A stretch of DNA of 64,000 bases from Heptranchias perlo (Eukaryota), in the NCBI RefSeq assembly GCF_035084215.1, contig NC_090355.1, forward strand, positions 27,094,001-27,158,000, written 5' to 3'. The notes under the pieces are model-generated. The model searched no databases and had not been told where the DNA came from. It saw only the letters and a program-made list of their open reading frames with translations. The position numbers were made by a program, and so were the translations under genes. Shown piece after piece: positions 63,040 to 64,000 of this stretch; the first letter of the stretch is position 1, and every line of letters starts with the position of its first letter.

Positions 63040-63400
63040 GCAACACTTTGGTACCTTGTGTGTGAGGCTAAGCAGTGAGTGTTGGCCGTCTATTGGATGA
63101 TAGCACAGAGCTGCTGTTTTTGGCCTTAGCACCATAGAGGTTTACAACGTGGAAGGAGGTGATTCGACCTAACTCTGCCGGTTCTTTGACAGAGCAATCT
63201 AAAGCTAATCCCACTGCCCCACTCTTCCCCAATCACATCATGGCAGTTCACAGCAGATGTCCACACATGCATACTTCCAGGAGGGTCATTATATTAGTGA
63301 CCAAGAGCAGGTCACTAATGGCGGCTGAGACCAGTGAAGTCCCCCCCACTGCCTGCCCAACTGAGATCAGCTCATTGCATGGTGCACCTACTCACAACTG
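63040..63400 (-). mobile_element. Family X SINE with a short CR1 3'UTR insert (~63133-63230)
   Basis: gtgtgaggctaagcagtgagtgttggc...catacttccaggagggtca...ctgagatcagct. Confidence 0.55.
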
Positions 63401-63908
63401 AGCAATCAGGGAAGCTAGAATAATACTGTTTACAAGATTGAAGAAAAATAGAACGGATGAGATTGAGATAACAAAGTTTTATGTTTTATAAACTATTAAA
63501 ATAACCTGAGTGAAAAGCAAATATTGGAAAAGCTGATATTGTGATTTGTTTTGGGTTTTGTTTGTAAGAATGATTTGTTCATCTTTATGAAGGTAGTAAG
63601 TTTTTGTTTAAAAAGGAATTTTGCCAATGTATGTATTCCCAATAAAAATGAATGAAGAAATCAGAAATCCAATGGCAAGGTAAAAATGAAGTTATTTTTC
63701 CAAGAAATCCAACTGTTAAAGGGCTAAAACTGTTTTGCATTTTGATTGGTCAACTGATACCTGTGAAAAGTTCTCTGTTTGAAATCTTGTGCAGTGCACA
63801 CACTTCATGTATGTGTTTTATGGCCTCATCTTTGAAACTGCTGGCAATTGTGGGTGGTCTCTTAGTAGCATGTACTCTATCTCTCGTTGCTGTTTTTTTC
63901 TCACTCAG

Positions 63909-63986
63909 GTGACAGATCATGCCACTACAGCATTGCTGCACTACCAGCTGCCTCAGATGCCAGATGTGGTTGTCAGGTCTTTCATG
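63909..63986 (+). CDS. MED27: MED27 internal coding exon (78 nt, phase 0-0; equivalent of human exon 7)
   Basis: Acceptor tttttttctcactcag| and donor |gtgagt. Translates VTDHATTALLHYQLPQMPDVVVRSFM, the MED27 C-terminal segment. Confidence 0.96.
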
Positions 63987-64000
63987 GTGAGTGTGCAATT

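Noticed and set aside
1-64000. CRISPR arrays, prokaryotic operons, true tRNA or rRNA genes
   Set aside because: None seen; tRNA-like A/B boxes all belong to SINE heads and lack complete cloverleaves.

Overview
Eukaryotic, repeat-rich vertebrate DNA; the repeat families point to a cartilaginous fish (shark-like). The window lies inside the Mediator subunit gene MED27 on the + strand. Three coding exons with canonical AG/GT boundaries are visible (42484-42591, 59826-59867, 63909-63986), matching the human exons encoding VTLGK...EDGK, LDIWSK...FQK and VTDHA...RSFM. Everything else is intron. It is filled with CR1 LINEs of several ages (one near full-length with ORF1 esterase and ORF2), a second CR1/L2-group LINE with an open 3' ORF2, L2 and RTE remnants, Deu-domain SINEs, LF-SINE-like SINEs, an abundant unclassified tRNA-headed SINE and several MITE-like inverted-repeat elements. 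The most striking structures are (i) two TSD-flanked ~205-bp Penelope-derived palindromes, each with an identical fold-back junction beside a minimal hammerhead ribozyme core, and (ii) three nested inverted-repeat pairs around the 42-nt MED27 exon. Nearly all other ORFs in the track are TE fragments or chance ORFs. Repeat boundaries and family names were assigned by eye from recalled consensus motifs and are approximate.
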